Below, in pieces: positions 1-12,912 of a stretch of DNA of 64,000 nt. The position numbers and the translations under genes were made by a program. Below the pieces are notes generated by a model, which was not told where the DNA came from, searched no databases, and saw only the letters and a list, made by a program, of their open reading frames with translations. Positions within the stretch are counted from its first letter, which is position 1, and each line of letters begins with the position of its first letter. Source of the DNA: Octopus sinensis (Eukaryota); NCBI RefSeq assembly GCF_006345805.1, contig NC_042997.1, positions 141,484,001 to 141,548,000 on the forward strand, given 5' to 3'.

Positions 1-69
1 AAGTCTGAAACGTATAAAATAACATTTAAAAAAAGAATTGCTATATACCAATTTGCAGGTGAAATATAG

Positions 70-220
70 GCGAATGGCTTAGAACTTTGCTTCGCAACCA
101 CTCGAAATTGTCCTTAATCCCACTCTGCGTCATGTTGAGTAAAACGTCGTTTCCTAAAGCCTCAGATCGATGATTATCATTTTAGTGAAGCTGGGTTGAT
201 GGACACTGCATCGAAGCCTT
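70..220 (+). mobile_element. Degenerate 5' half of SINE family B (tRNA-derived)
   Basis: Aligns by eye to the head of the copy at 32149 (cttcgcaacca...cccactctgcgtca...gatggacactgcatcgaagcc). Confidence 0.5.
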
Positions 221-286
221 CAGGTGGTCTCCAGTCACAGTTTGAACTGTGCAGCTTTGCCATACACTCTGTCATGCTTTTCCTGA

Positions 287-590
287 AGCTTAGGGGTTGG
301 GGTATCCGGCTCACGATCGTGTGTTCGATTCACGACGGCGCGTTGTATCCTTGAGCAAGAAACTTTATTTCACATTGCTCCAGTCTACTCGGCTGACGAA
401 AATGAGTTGTATCTGTAATTCAAAGAGCCAGCATTGTCACATTTTGTGTCACGATGAATTTTCATAAGAAGTACGTTAAGGATACACGTGTCTCTGGAGT
501 GTTCAACTAGTTGCGCATTAAATTCACGTGCAGGATGTTCCGTTGATCGAAACAGCTTGCACACTCATCATTATAACCGACGCAATACTA
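287..590 (+). mobile_element. SINE family C (tRNA head, CORE-like domain, tail 1)
   Basis: B-box gttcgattc and CORE-like gtatccttgagcaagaaactttatttcacattgctccagtc. Colinear with 29790-30108. Imperfect TSD gtcatgcttttcctga (271-286) / gtcatgctgtttcaga (591-606), 13/16 match. Confidence 0.8.
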
Positions 591-672
591 GTCATGCTGT
601 TTCAGACTGTGAATTGCATAAAGACAACACGTGTCTGTAACTGACCAATCACGTTAATTCAATTTCAGATTA

Positions 673-1489
673 CGAGGTCTGATCAATAAATATAGGAATT
701 GTTGCCATAGTAACAAAGCTAAAGCACGTAGAACGAAGCCGCTTGACACAGATTGACCTTGAACTTTGTTGTGCATGTGCACTAAGTATCCAAGTTCTAA
801 CTCACTTACCCTGTTTACAGCAGTGATTGAAAGTAACGTGCGTAACGAATGATCGTCACATAGACCGTGACAGAAAACGTTGTCATGGCGATACCTGCTC
901 AGTGGCTTACGCAAAGTTGCAGAAAGTGTATGGAGAGGAGCGGTATGGTGTCGCACACAAGTGTACGAGTGGTTCAGACGTTTCCAAGAAGGCCGAAAAA
1001 TGACGATAAGGACGAACGTTCTGGGAGAAACGCAACCAGCAGAACTGGGAAAAGCATCACGAGTTATCAGAGGATGTGCAGATTAATTACGGTTCAGTTC
1101 GATCCATTATCACTGAAGATTTGGGTATGAGACGCGCGTTTGTGCCAAAACTGCTTTCAGTTGACCAAAAGAATACTCGGGTCTCAGTTGCACAAGACCT
1201 CTTTGATTGTGTCGAGAACTATGAAAACATTTTGAAAACTTTCAATAGGCCTCTGAGCAGGTATTGCCAAGCTCTTGACAAAATGTCTCTGTCTTGGTCA
1301 GTGCGATCATTACACCTTATACACGTTACTTCCAAGTACTGCTGTAAACAGCGGAATTGAGCTAGAATGTTAAAACTTAGGGCGCATGCACAGCAGAGTT
1401 CAAGGTCAATTGGTGGCAAGCGGCTTTACTCTGCATGCTTTAGCTTCGTTACTATGCCAACAGTTTGGATACTTATTGATCAGACCATG
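673..1489 (+). mobile_element. Internally deleted mariner element with ~240-bp inverted repeats
   Basis: TA at 671-672 and 1490-1491. Termini cgaggtctgatcaataa / ttattgatcagaccatg. Interior encodes mariner HTH (RTQVYEWFRRFQEGR) and a WVPxxL-like linker (AFVPKLL); no DDD domain. Confidence 0.9.
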
Positions 1490-3874
1490 TATTCGCTTGA
1501 CTTTACAACCGAATCCTGATGTCGACCGACCGAGATCCATTGCCATCATCTTATGTCCATTTATGGAATCTATAATTCACGATATATCGTTTACAACTGA
1601 GTCTTATTAAATCTAAGCCAGTGCGTATATAGACAAGGCGCTTCAACGTCATATCATCAATGACCTGAAGCTCTGAAACAAGAAACTCTAAATAGCGACG
1701 CACAGAGATATAGCTCCAAATATGCAAATGTATACTATTCCACACTATCTGACTATACTGGGTACTGAGCATTTTTTCCGTCAAATGCATTTGTAGTAAT
1801 AGTTTTTTTTTTTTTCTGACACATGGTATATGTTCCTTCAATAAAGACACGTACATGCATATTTGAATGTATGTGTGTATGTGTGTCCGAAGAAAAATAT
1901 ATTTTGGTAGTGAATATGTACAGCTATAAATCAGTCGTTAATGATAATATTGATACAAGTCCACTTTATTCTACTAAATCGGACTTTGGAAACATTTCAT
2001 GCAAAAACAATTAAAAAAATATATCATTTCGATGAAATATTATTCGAAATGGGCGAATGAATCTCCTTTAACAATAAAAATGATTTCCATGGTGGATATT
2101 CACAAGAATTAAATTTAAAGTTTTATCGGATCGATATTAAAGGAAATTGAAGACGAAAACTTTATTGAAAAATAGGATACTGAAAATTATCCTATTTGTC
2201 TGTATCTGATAGCGATTAGAAAATTGTGGATGTATATGACAACTAAAATCTCTTAATATGGGCTGAAAATTCATTTAAATAACGAAATACTTCTGTTTAT
2301 ATTCAGCTGCTTGTTTATTTTTTTCCTTTGAATTGAAAACATATGGCGGAAATTAGAAGGAAAAGCTGGACAAACTATCTTAGTTTCCCCAGATTTATAA
2401 CTGCATTTCGAGATCTGAAAAAGAAAAACATACTTTAAATTATAGCTAAAAATTTACTTCAGTTAACGAGTAAGGCGATGTTATAATCAGTATTGTTAGG
2501 GATTATTTTATGAATCTCACTGAGATGAAGGACAAAATCTATTTAGTCTAATTTGATTTCAGAATCAACTAGATACTGTCAAATGTCTAATAAAGCTGAC
2601 TGATGCGTTGTTTATGTCTAGTGTGATAATATTCGCTCGTTTTAGTTTTCTTTTTTTTCTACTTGGCACTTCACCGTCATGTGTCTAAAAAGAATTAAAA
2701 TTTATTTAAATTTCAAAACGACAAACGAAATTTGTAGAAAAAAATAGAATTGAGCTAGAAGAAATAGACAACTACGATAAAAAAAATCGTTTGGTGTTAA
2801 TTCAAATAACATTGGACAGGATTACAATAATTGGGAAAAAAAGTGGACAAATTTATCTGACAATCGAGTATTATGTTACAATAACGTAATGAATTTCGCA
2901 TGCAGTGGAGGAAATGAAGTATATCGTTTTGGGATTGTCCCCTTAACCAGAAGAGAGAAAAATCTTTTACTCTATTTTTTTGCCTCTCGCAAACGAAGGG
3001 TTGATTCCGAAACATCAGCTTCCTCTTCTGTCTATATACAAATTTATCTAAACTCATTAACTTCAATGTTTGCTTGTTTGTTTTTTGTTTTTTCTATTAC
3101 TGACACGGACCTCCACCAGTTTTGTTGACGACACTGTTTATTGACACACCACTCAAATACATTTATTCTGTTGTTCACAAATAATCAAGCAAACGTTAAT
3201 ACGAAAATTGTTATACTATCCATAAATGATATCTAAAAACTCTGAAGACTAGTAGACAAATATCATCTTTGTGATCATAATCTGTAACGTGGTTTCAACT
3301 TCTCGTAAAAAACATACATATTTATACTGTTACTACACTTGAAAATGACATACAGGTCAAAACACTCTAACGTCTTGCTAAATATATCCCAGATCTGGAC
3401 ATTAAGAAATACTAATTAATGTGACTCGTGTTCATGACAAGGTTTAAACGAAACTGTATGCATTATCAACTCTCCATTAAATTCGATTCGTTTTGAAAAC
3501 CTTGTGCCCCAGCATGGCCGCTATCTTATGACTGAAATAACTAAAACATAAGATAATGCATTTGTGAATGCCACAGCTATATTTCCATCATTGTAGAATG
3601 TACCAGTCTTGTAATTAGTTTAAAAAAAACGCATACCAATATATTTAAACTTCTGCAAAAGTTAAGTAATTCAATATGGAAACACAGTAATTAAATAAGA
3701 AAACAATTTCTACAGAAATCTCTTAAATTTTCCAATCAAACTTGCTTGAAATCATTTATATATATATTTGTTGAAAATAATATAAAACTGATTTTTAATG
3801 ATATGGCTTTGTTTCTCGTTAATGCCAATACAGTCATTTGAAGTTCTTGTCGAAGGAAGCTGCGACTTATTTAA

Positions 3875-4130
3875 AAAGTGGCATTCCATCGATTACGACG
3901 ACGAGGGTTCCAGTTGATCCGATTATCGGAACAGGCAGCTCGTGAAATGGACGTGCAAGCGGCTGAGCGTTCCAAAGACACGCGTACTCTTAACGCCGTT
4001 CTCAGGAGATTTAGCGTGGCACAGAATGTGACAAGGCTGGCCCTTACTGAAGGAGACAGCGTACCGCCGACAATCGAACTCACGACCTTACGACAGTCAG
4101 CCGAATACTCAAGCCACTAAACCACTTGCC
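3875..4130 (-). mobile_element. SINE family C copy with central deletion
   Basis: Reverse complement matches head (ggcaagtggtttagtggct...gagttcgattg) and tail (gggccagccttgtcaca...cgtaatcgatggaatgcc) of 29790-30108. Confidence 0.8.
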
Positions 4131-4429
4131 TTCGGCCTTATTATGTACAGTCGTAATATATTTCCAATATTATTATGCAGAGTAATGAATTAATATGTAT
4201 TACTTGCGTCATAGAAAATCTCACAGGACTATACTTTTCTACGTAGCTAAACTAAGATTTGCTTTGCCTCTTTGTAACACTAAAGAAATTAGGAATAAAT
4301 GCTGTCTCTATGATCTCATGGGGTTCACAACGGACTGAGCTTTGAAATCTATTGGGGAATAGAAACATTATTTTTTCAATTATACTACAAGCTATTAAAA
4401 GAGAGGAAGGAGCGGTAAGAGTCACAGGA

Positions 4430-4661
4430 AGGCGGCGTGCTGGCAGAAACGTTAGCACGCCGGCCGAAATACTTAGCTGTATTTCGTCTACCGTTACGTT
4501 CTGTGTTCAACTTCCGCCGAGGTCGACTTTGCCTTTCATCCTTTCTGGGTCGATTAAATAAATACCAGCTACGCACTGGGGTCGATATAATCGACTTAAT
4601 CCGTTTGTCTGTCCTTGTTTGTCCTCTCTGTGTTTAGCCCCTTGTGGGTAGTAAAGAAATA
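4430..4661 (+). mobile_element. SINE family A monomer, tail type 1 (resembles octopus tRNA-derived SINEs)
   Basis: A-box-like tggcagaaacg, B-box gttcaacttcc, body gcctttcatcctttc..gggtcgat. TSD ggtaagagtcacagga (4414-4429) / ggtaagtgtcacagga (4662-4677), 15/16 match. Confidence 0.92.
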
Positions 4662-5052
4662 GGTAAGTGTCACAGGACTATTATTGAGTTCTGTATGCCC
4701 ATTAAAAATATGAGGGTGTAAACGCCATGTATCTTTAAACGCCATTGAGTGAAGAGTAGAAAGTTTAAGGTCTTACTTTTCAATATGATAATATTGAAAT
4801 ATATAAGAAAATATGAAAATGAAGTTATTTGTCTGACTGAGGTTCAAAATATGCGGATGTCAAGTATTCAAGTGTTCCAAGAGGGGAAATTAATTTTGTT
4901 TTCGATTTGCAAACATATACCTTTCTTATTCAATGCACATTGGGATGCATATATAAGAGGAGTTATAGAAACAAAACTTTTCTGTCTCCATCTTCCATAT
5001 CTCTTTATTTCTTTTTTTCGTGCAAAGGACACAGTTGTAACGTTAATGTAGC

Positions 5053-5191
<139 letters not shown>

Positions 5192-5196
5192 CGTTA

Positions 5197-5870
5197 AGGC
5201 GGCGATTGGCAGAGTCGTTAGCACTCTAGACGAAATGCTTAGCGGTATTTCACCCGTCGCTGCGGTCTGAGTTCAAATCCCGCCGAGATCGACTTTGCAT
5301 TTCATCCTTTCCTGGTTGTTAAATTAAGTACCAGTTACGTACTGGGGTCGATCTAATTTACTAGCCTCCTCGTCTAAATGTCAGGCCTTGTGCCTATAGT
5401 AGAAGGAGTTGTTGTTTTTATCTTTAAGGCGGCGAGCTGGCAGAAACGTTAGCACGCCGGGCGAAATGCTTAGCGGTATTTCGTCTGCCGCTGCGTTCTG
5501 AGTTCAAATTCCGCCGAGGTCGACTTTGCCTTTCATCCTTTCGGGGTCGATAAATTAAGTGCCAGTTATGCACTGGTGTCGATGAAATCGACTTAATCCC
5601 TTAATTTGAGGCCTTGTGCTTCCAGTAGAGAGGATTATTATTTGTCTTTAAGGTGGCGAGCTGGCAGAACCTTTAGCGCGCTGGGCGTATTGCTGAGCAG
5701 TATTTCGCCTGCCGCTACGTTCTGAGTTCAATTCTGCCGAGATCGACTTTGCTTTTTATCCTTTCTGGATCGATATATTAAGGACCAGTGAAACACTGAG
5801 ATCGATGTAATCGACTAGTCCCCCTCCCCAAAAATTTCAAGACCTTGTGCCTTCAGTAGAAGGGATTATT
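5197..5870 (+). mobile_element. Three head-to-tail SINE A monomers
   Basis: Units start near 5197, 5427 and 5651 (aaggcggcgagctggcaga-like). Each ends ccttgtgc..agtagaag(g/a)gattatt-like. Confidence 0.9.
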
Positions 5871-7619
5871 GTTTTTCTTTCCATATTGTATTACCGTTTG
5901 AAAATGTCATTTTACTTTAGTATATCCTCGAAGAATCTAAATTTTATGTTTGATTAAATTTGAAATTTAAAAGTAGTTTAAATTTTTACTTTTCAGGGGA
6001 AAGATGTATTCTTTGATGAGAAACATATGAACTGACACACGTACACAAAACTGTGTGCCAATATGTATATGCATTTGTATCTCATAGCATACGTATCATT
6101 TAGCATTTGTTTGCTGCAGTGCGATGTACAAAGCATGAAATTGCAGTGATGTGTTATTTGTCAAGTTTTATTGTTGAAAAACTCTTATATCCAAGTGTAC
6201 TTAATGCGACAGGTTGAACATTTCATTGCATTCACAGCAAATGTTAATGCCGCCAGCGTTACAGAATTCTCACTCACCACCATATTACCATTAAACCATT
6301 TTATCTCCCTATTAATGTCATGTATTTTCGAACACGTACAATAGAATACCTAATGCTGAACTGTTAGTTGGCCGATGGATACAAGCTAAAGAAATGTAAT
6401 TATCATATTATATTAGTGGAATATTGCTGAAGGGCAATTTGGGAGGTATTGTTTGATAACTCAGCATCATAATGCATCAACAATCGTCTAAATATATCTT
6501 AAGAATATTAGAAATAAAATAAACACACTATATTCTACATTGTGTGACTAAATATTAATGTGACTATAGACTTATTTGCCTAGACTTACTCTTTAACGAG
6601 AAACCAGAATTATAGTTAAAAGCAAGTAATATATTCCATTACAATAATGGAATATATTATCAGATTGAACATATAAATGTTATGAAAATGAATACTTACA
6701 AATATTCTTTTTTGCACAGAATATTTTATTTGGCATTTTTTTTTAAATTAATAAATTTTGTATAATGTCATAAATATTTACGACTCTATTAAACACCCCA
6801 TAAGTATAAATATATGTTGACAAAATATAAGTTAGAGTAATTTCCAGAATAACTATAAGTTGGTTAATTTCTTGGCCATATAGAGAAGAAACAACAGGAT
6901 TATATTATGTTATTAGAAGAAGGTTATTAGCAGAGAAATTTGTGAGGAGTGTTTTCAGCTGACAATTGAAACGAAATTACCTCTGGTTACCTTTAGGTAG
7001 GCACTTATGTCATGAACATCTGGGATGTCTGCAGCCATATATGCTAATGGTACTTTTATGAATTTGCAATAACCCTTTTAGGTGGATCTGCAAACTGATT
7101 TCTCTGAATAGCAAGTTCGTCTCATTTAAGTTCCTAATATTTTTGAGAAATACATGAGTATCGTAACCTAATATTTCTTCCTTTTCTGAATTCAAAACCT
7201 CGGGCAAACATGAAGCCTTTAGGAGAAATGGCGATCCACAAACACAAACACACACACACACACACATAGACACAAGAACGATTTCAGTATGGGTTCACAA
7301 CACACTTCCGAATGCTAATTGTTAGCATTTCAATTACTTGTTCCTCTTTAAGCTAAAGGCACAAACTTGCATAATGGCTATTGATTTATCCCGCTTGCGT
7401 CAATTTACACGGTCATGTTGAAAAGTGTATAAATCTTGTACTGTAATCTGTTAGGTTGGAAGGATATTTTGACATGATCGCTTTGAGTGTCTTTTGCAAA
7501 GTTTATGGCAAAATAGGCATTTATTTTTACATCATAATATTTATTCTTTCTTTGCAAATTACTTTATACCATAGCGATTAAATTCATATCGATCTTTTAA
7601 CATGGATTTAGCTCAGGTC

Positions 7620-8045
7620 CGCATCAGACACTGCATGCTGTGAGAATTCATAAGTGGCTCTTCAGAATTGGAAGCAGCAAAAAATATTCATTATGTGGAA
7701 ATAAAACTTTACATATCTGGATACACAAACGATGGTTTTGCTCGGTAAATCTTTCTCTCGTAGATTTCCCTCAATCCGGAGGATCAGGCTCTGTTACTAT
7801 TCAGCTTCTGAAAGCTGTAGTTGAGGAAAATGCTATTCAAGCTTCAAAAGAATTAGCAATTCAAGTCACAAGTCGATTCTAAAATACCTTCATGAACTAG
7901 GAAATGTATCGAAAATTGATCACTCAGTCCCTCATCAGGTGACTACATCTCTGTTTAATCATCTGCCTCTCATTGGAGGCAGACGTGCTACTGAAATGTT
8001 CCTGAATAGAATGATCACAAGTGATGAAAAGTGTGTTCCCTATAC
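7620..8045 (+). mobile_element. Decayed mariner transposase fragment
   Basis: Frameshifted translation gives LKAVVEENA, LHELGNVSKIDHSVPHQ (cf. GKWVPHEL) and FLNRMITSDEKCVPY (cf. IVTGDEKW). Confidence 0.8.
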
Positions 8046-9294
8046 AGCCGAAAACGTTGCGTTCTGTGTTTTGCGGCATACAAACGAATATTAATCCATT
8101 GATAGATATTGCTGACTACAAAGAAAGAGAACAACAGAAAATAGACTTTCGTTTAATTATGTAGATGTCCGAATATGTAAAATGAATAAATGAAAGGTCT
8201 TTATCTTTTCCATCGATATATTTGAATATCAATTGCTGAGAACTAAACCAAATCAGACATTTCTTTTTAGTCAGGAGAGAAGGGAGTACTCATTTCCTCC
8301 TTCAAAGCTTCCGAGATTGGTGAGAGAGAAGGAGGAAGGTATCTTCAATCAGGAAATTAAGATTCAATGCTTGCAACTGAGTGAACCACGCTTATGGCAC
8401 CCAAGGTAACAGGTGGTAAACTAGGCGACGAATTTAGATTACCTAACCACTGGCTATGGCAAGATTTGAAATTAGAGTGCAAAAGACTGAGGCAAAAACT
8501 CTGGGCATTCGATCAGACAGTCTACCAGGTCCGTTAATGCGCCCCATGAATTGGTATGTTTTATCGACCCGAAGAAAAGAATATTGGTAAAGTTGAACTC
8601 TATAGAATTTGAACTGCGAACACCGGAACAAATACTAGGAGTTTTTTTTTTCTTGTGTGGTAAACTTACAACTATCCTACTTCAGTGTTCTTAGATATGA
8701 TTTAAATGTTTCGTTCTTTAGCATTACACATATACATCAAGTAGACAGTTATAAAAATGTAAAGGCAAAGAAACGAAAAAGAGAAAGAAAGATAGAGAGG
8801 GGGGAGTGTGAGATAGATACAAATGTTAAAGAAAAGATAGAGAGATATAGATTGTAGAAGAGACAGAACGTGGAGGAATTTGAAGAGAGAGATAGAGAAG
8901 GCTAAAAGGGAAGCATAGACATCGTTCTGAATATAAACATCTTTTTGATTTATTTGATAAATTGCTGATAAGTAAATATTAAGAAAAGCAATTATCCGCC
9001 AAACATATGATGCTCATTTGATAAACATAAATTCTCGGCAATGCGCTGTAATCATATGGAATCTAGTAGAGATATTCGAATATAGAATTTATTTTGCTTA
9101 AACTTATTGAATGCTATAGTCAGTGATTTAATATTTAAACATTTAATTCTTTCCATATCTAAATGTCGTGAAAGTGGGCTGCTAAGACAGTTGGTGGAAA
9201 AAAAAATTTAAATTGCTGAGAAGAGAATTAGAAATTATTAAAACAATAAAGGTTAGCTTATGCTTGTCACTAGTCCTAGGATTCATAAAGCTGA

Positions 9295-9525
9295 AGCTTA
9301 ACCTCTGTTCCATGACTCATAAGTAGCTGAAATTACAAATTTAAACGGAACGCCGATCAGTCCCACGGTTAACTTTCCAGCAATTACTGGCATTCGTTTA
9401 CGGCTGTGAGGACCAGATCAACGTTAAATGAGTTTTTTTCGCTCAAAAACACAATACACCACTCTGTCCTGGAATTGAAACCACGAACGGAAGTGCAGCA
9501 TCCTAACCACTATGACATGGGCCTT
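9295..9525 (-). mobile_element. Degenerate SINE C-type copy
   Basis: Reverse complement has tagtggttaggatgctgca...gtttcaattcc...gtattgtgtttttgagcgaaaa. Confidence 0.6.
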
Positions 9526-9551
9526 CACAAACCAGTAAAGAGGGAGGATTA

Positions 9552-9792
9552 GGGTGGCGAGTTGGCAGAATCGTTAGCATGCCGGGCGAAATGCGTAGCC
9601 GTATTTCGTCTGTCGTTACGTTCCGAGTTCAAATTCCGCCGAGGTCGACTTTGCCTTTCATCCTTTCGGGGTCGATAAATTAAGTACCAGTTACGCACTG
9701 GGGTCGATGTAAACGACTTAATCCATTTGTCTGTCCTTGTTTGTCCCCTCTGTGTTTAGCCCCTTGTGGGTAGTAAAAAAAAAAGAATGAAT
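9552..9792 (+). mobile_element. SINE A monomer, tail type 1
   Basis: Near-consensus copy. TSD agggaggatta at 9541-9551 and 9793-9803. Confidence 0.92.
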
Positions 9793-10904
9793 AGGGAGGA
9801 TTAAAACATGATAGCATGAATGTTTTTAGCTGCAGGTACACGAAAGCGTAAGACGATTCAACGTTCTATTTTCCATGAGTTTTTGTTTTGTTTTTGAAAA
9901 CTTTATCAGCGGTCAGTTTTAAAATCGAATGCAAGCAAAATATCGGCGATGGGCGAAAGGTTTCCCGTTGCTTTCTTAATACAACTAGTTTCCTGCCTTC
10001 ACATATTTAACTTCAAATCCAGCAGGAACATAATTGATGGTTTTAATACAATCAATATATAATTGATCTTCCACCCATTTGAAATCAATAAAAGAACTAA
10101 CAAAAATATATTGTGATCGATTTATTACTTGTAATTCAGCAACTGAATTGGTTCCAAAATAAGGAAACCGATTTGACTATTGTATTTCTAACAGGAAAAA
10201 TACAACAAAACGATAACTATAATGATTATTTCTCTTTCAACACATCATTTATGCACTATATTTTGTTTGAATTATTAATATATTCCAGTGTTCTCTGAAA
10301 GAGGGCCGTAACACTGCTTTGAGGGTATTATTGAAAATTTAGTGAACTGCAGGGGTGGACTTCAGAGGGGCGTTACATGAAAGTTCATTATTAGTGAATA
10401 TGTTATTGGAAGATGTTGATGGCTTTATAAAATCAAAAGATGGTGGGGTGATTTTAAGCAAAAACTGCTTGATAACAGCTAGTCTGTACTTTCTAAACTT
10501 CTTGCTAGATTTTCTAAACAGTAGGCTAGACTTTAACCAATGTTAAGCTGTTCGACTAATTTTCAGTTTCCATTCAGAATATCGTTTATACATTATATAC
10601 AATATACCCCGAAATAAAAACAAGAATTCTCTTCGACCTCCCATCAATACAATATTACTTAGTAAACTTTCCAGAAGAACATTCTCAATAGCTTAAGTTT
10701 AATATATTCCAGCCTTACAAATTACATCAGGGATTTTCATTTCATCAAAAATTTCCATCTGCTTAAAAGTTATTAATGTCAGGTGTCGTCAGCGTTTGGC
10801 ATGAAAGTCATTCATATAAGTGCGAATTCCATTTGAAGGTGATGCTGTCTGATAAATAGTTTGTAGGGGTGGATGAAGGGAACAAGCTTAAATTGGTCAG
10901 AATA

Positions 10905-11275
10905 TAATGGTTTCAAAATTTGGCACAAGGACGGCAAGTTTAGTTCAATTAAATCGAACCCAATGTTCAGCTGAGACTTATTTTATCGATCTGAAAAGGA
11001 AGAACGGCAAAGTCAACCTCAGCAGAATTTGAACTCAGAACATAAAGACAGACGAAATGCCGCTAAGCATTTTTCCCGGCATTCTAATGATTCTACCAGC
11101 TCACCGCCTTAATTAGTTGTCATAATAACAACGGTTTCAAATTCTGGGACAACACCAGCAATTTTAGGGGAAGGGGTTGGTCGATCACTTCGACCCCAGT
11201 ACTTGAACGGTAATTTATTTTATCGACCCAGAAAAGAAGAAAGACAAATTTGACCCTTGACGAAAACTGAATTCT
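10905..11275 (-). mobile_element. Two tandem SINE A copies (second lacks its head)
   Basis: Reverse-complement matches at ~10905-11110 and ~11130-11275. Confidence 0.8.
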
Positions 11276-11283
11276 GGATGGAG

Positions 11284-12191
11284 TTATGAAGTGATGCGTT
11301 GTCCTGGTACGGGTGCCAGCGACCCCAATGGTAGGACTGTGGTCTTTTGCGACGAGATCTCTGTCTGATCTCCCTCAAAACCTCTACAAAAGTACTCGTT
11401 AACCCAGTGGATGCAGATGAAGCCCTTGTTGTCGAAAAAGGGGATCATCATGAACTGCCTGGTGGAGTTGCTTTGCCTGACCTTCTTTCGACTGATATTG
11501 CCTGTTTGCTTCCATTGGGCACAACAGTCAATCCAGCCTTCGTCATTGCTCACCAGAGACTCAAGTAGTCTGGAATTGCAGGTAATGAGCTCAGCCATTT
11601 CGCGGCTGTCACCAGTGCATCTTCCCTTCTGCACGTCATTAAGCAACCTGAGAACAAACATTGCACAAATCTGGCACATATTCAAATCTTCATGAATAAT
11701 TCTGAGTATAGTTTCCACATCAACTCCAAACTGTATGCACATTATCTTTATTGAGATACGACAGTTTTCATTAAAGAAATTGCGAATTTTCTCAACCATT
11801 TTCTGACGTTCTGACGTTCTGACATTTCCCACTTTCCCACACCTCTCATCTTTGCTCATTTCCTCTCTACCCTCCTTGAACCGCTTGTACCAACGAAAGG
11901 CAGATGCTCGGCTCACACAAGTTAATCCATAACCAGTCTGGAGCATTTTATAAGTTTCTGCGGCATTTTTGCCCAGTTTACAACAAAACTTCATTGCATC
12001 TTGACTGCATTCTGCATACTAATCAGCTGTGAGAAGCAGTGTTTAGAAGGGTGTGCTTAAAGTTTTGTTACAGCATAAAAAGTATGTTGGTAAGTCAGCT
12101 TATAGATGTATTATATCAAAAGTACAATAATATAGGACACTTATAACTGTGCTTGCTACAAATAGTCTCAAAACTACTGGGACGCATCTTG
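11284..12191 (-). mobile_element. 3'-truncated mariner with 236-aa transposase pseudo-ORF
   Basis: ORF 11284-11994 has a mariner HTH (KFCCKLGKNAAETYKML...FRWYKRFKEGRE), AMFVLRLL linker and SNDEGWI (first D). Putative 5' TIR caagatgcgtcccagtagttttgagac with TA at 12192-12193. Confidence 0.88.
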
Positions 12192-12334
12192 TAGATAGTT
12201 TAACATTGTTAACGATATCATAATTTTCATTTCATTTTACCCCTAAGATAAAATCTGTTCTGAAAATAGGATCTGAAAATTTTTTATCTCCTGACTCACC
12301 AAACAGTCAAGACGTATGACTGTTCGTATTTTAA

Positions 12335-12559
12335 CCCATTAAATCCCACTGTCCTATAAATAGGACACTAAATGAAAGCATCAAATAAGCGATATCAAAT
12401 TGTCTCAGTGTCCTATTTATAGGACACCAATTGTTTCCATTTTTACTTGAAATAAAAGAGTTTTAATAATTACTTTTTATTCATTTTAACCTATTTTCAA
12501 TCATCTGTAAAACTTTAAAAGTAATAGTCAGAAATTTAAGTACTCTGGGACTTAATGAG
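12335..12559. mobile_element. piggyBac-type MITE
   Basis: TTAA at 12331-12334 and 12560-12563. TIR cccattaaatccca / tgggacttaatgag (12/14). Internal near-palindromes tgtcctataaataggaca and gtgtcctatttataggacac. Confidence 0.8.
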
Positions 12560-12700
12560 TTAATTACTTTAAACACAGCTATAAGTTGGTTACTTTTACA
12601 GGACATCCAAAAGAAATCAAAACAAACACAAAATTTATCACTTATACATGCACCATAATATAGCACACAAAAGAGGACATTAAAATACGCCCATACATGA

Positions 12701-12912
12701 GGCAGCTAGCTGAGAAAATCGTTAGCACTACGGACAAAATGCTTAGAGGTATTTCGTCCGTCTTTACGTTCCGAGTTTAAATTCCGCAGAGGTTGACTTT
12801 GCCTTTCATCCTTTCGAGTTCAATAAAATAAATATCAGTTGAGTATTGGTGTCGATATATTGACTTACCCTACACTGAAATTGCCGGCTTGGTACCAAAC
12901 TTTGAAGCCAAT
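12701..12912 (+). mobile_element. SINE A monomer, diverged
   Basis: Matches family body; flanked by cccatac on both sides. Confidence 0.8.

Noticed and set aside
2960-3060. Similarity to 35680-35740 (RRVDSETS versus RRVDFETN)
   Set aside because: Short and low identity; could be chance without an alignment statistic.
4352-4637. Recurrent peptides such as RPRKDERQSRPRR and FRRGRLCLSSF in many ORFs
   Set aside because: They are translations of SINE A copies, not a protein family.
5197-5870. Regularly spaced repeats resembling a CRISPR array
   Set aside because: Units are ~220-bp SINEs without unique spacers; eukaryotic context and no cas genes.
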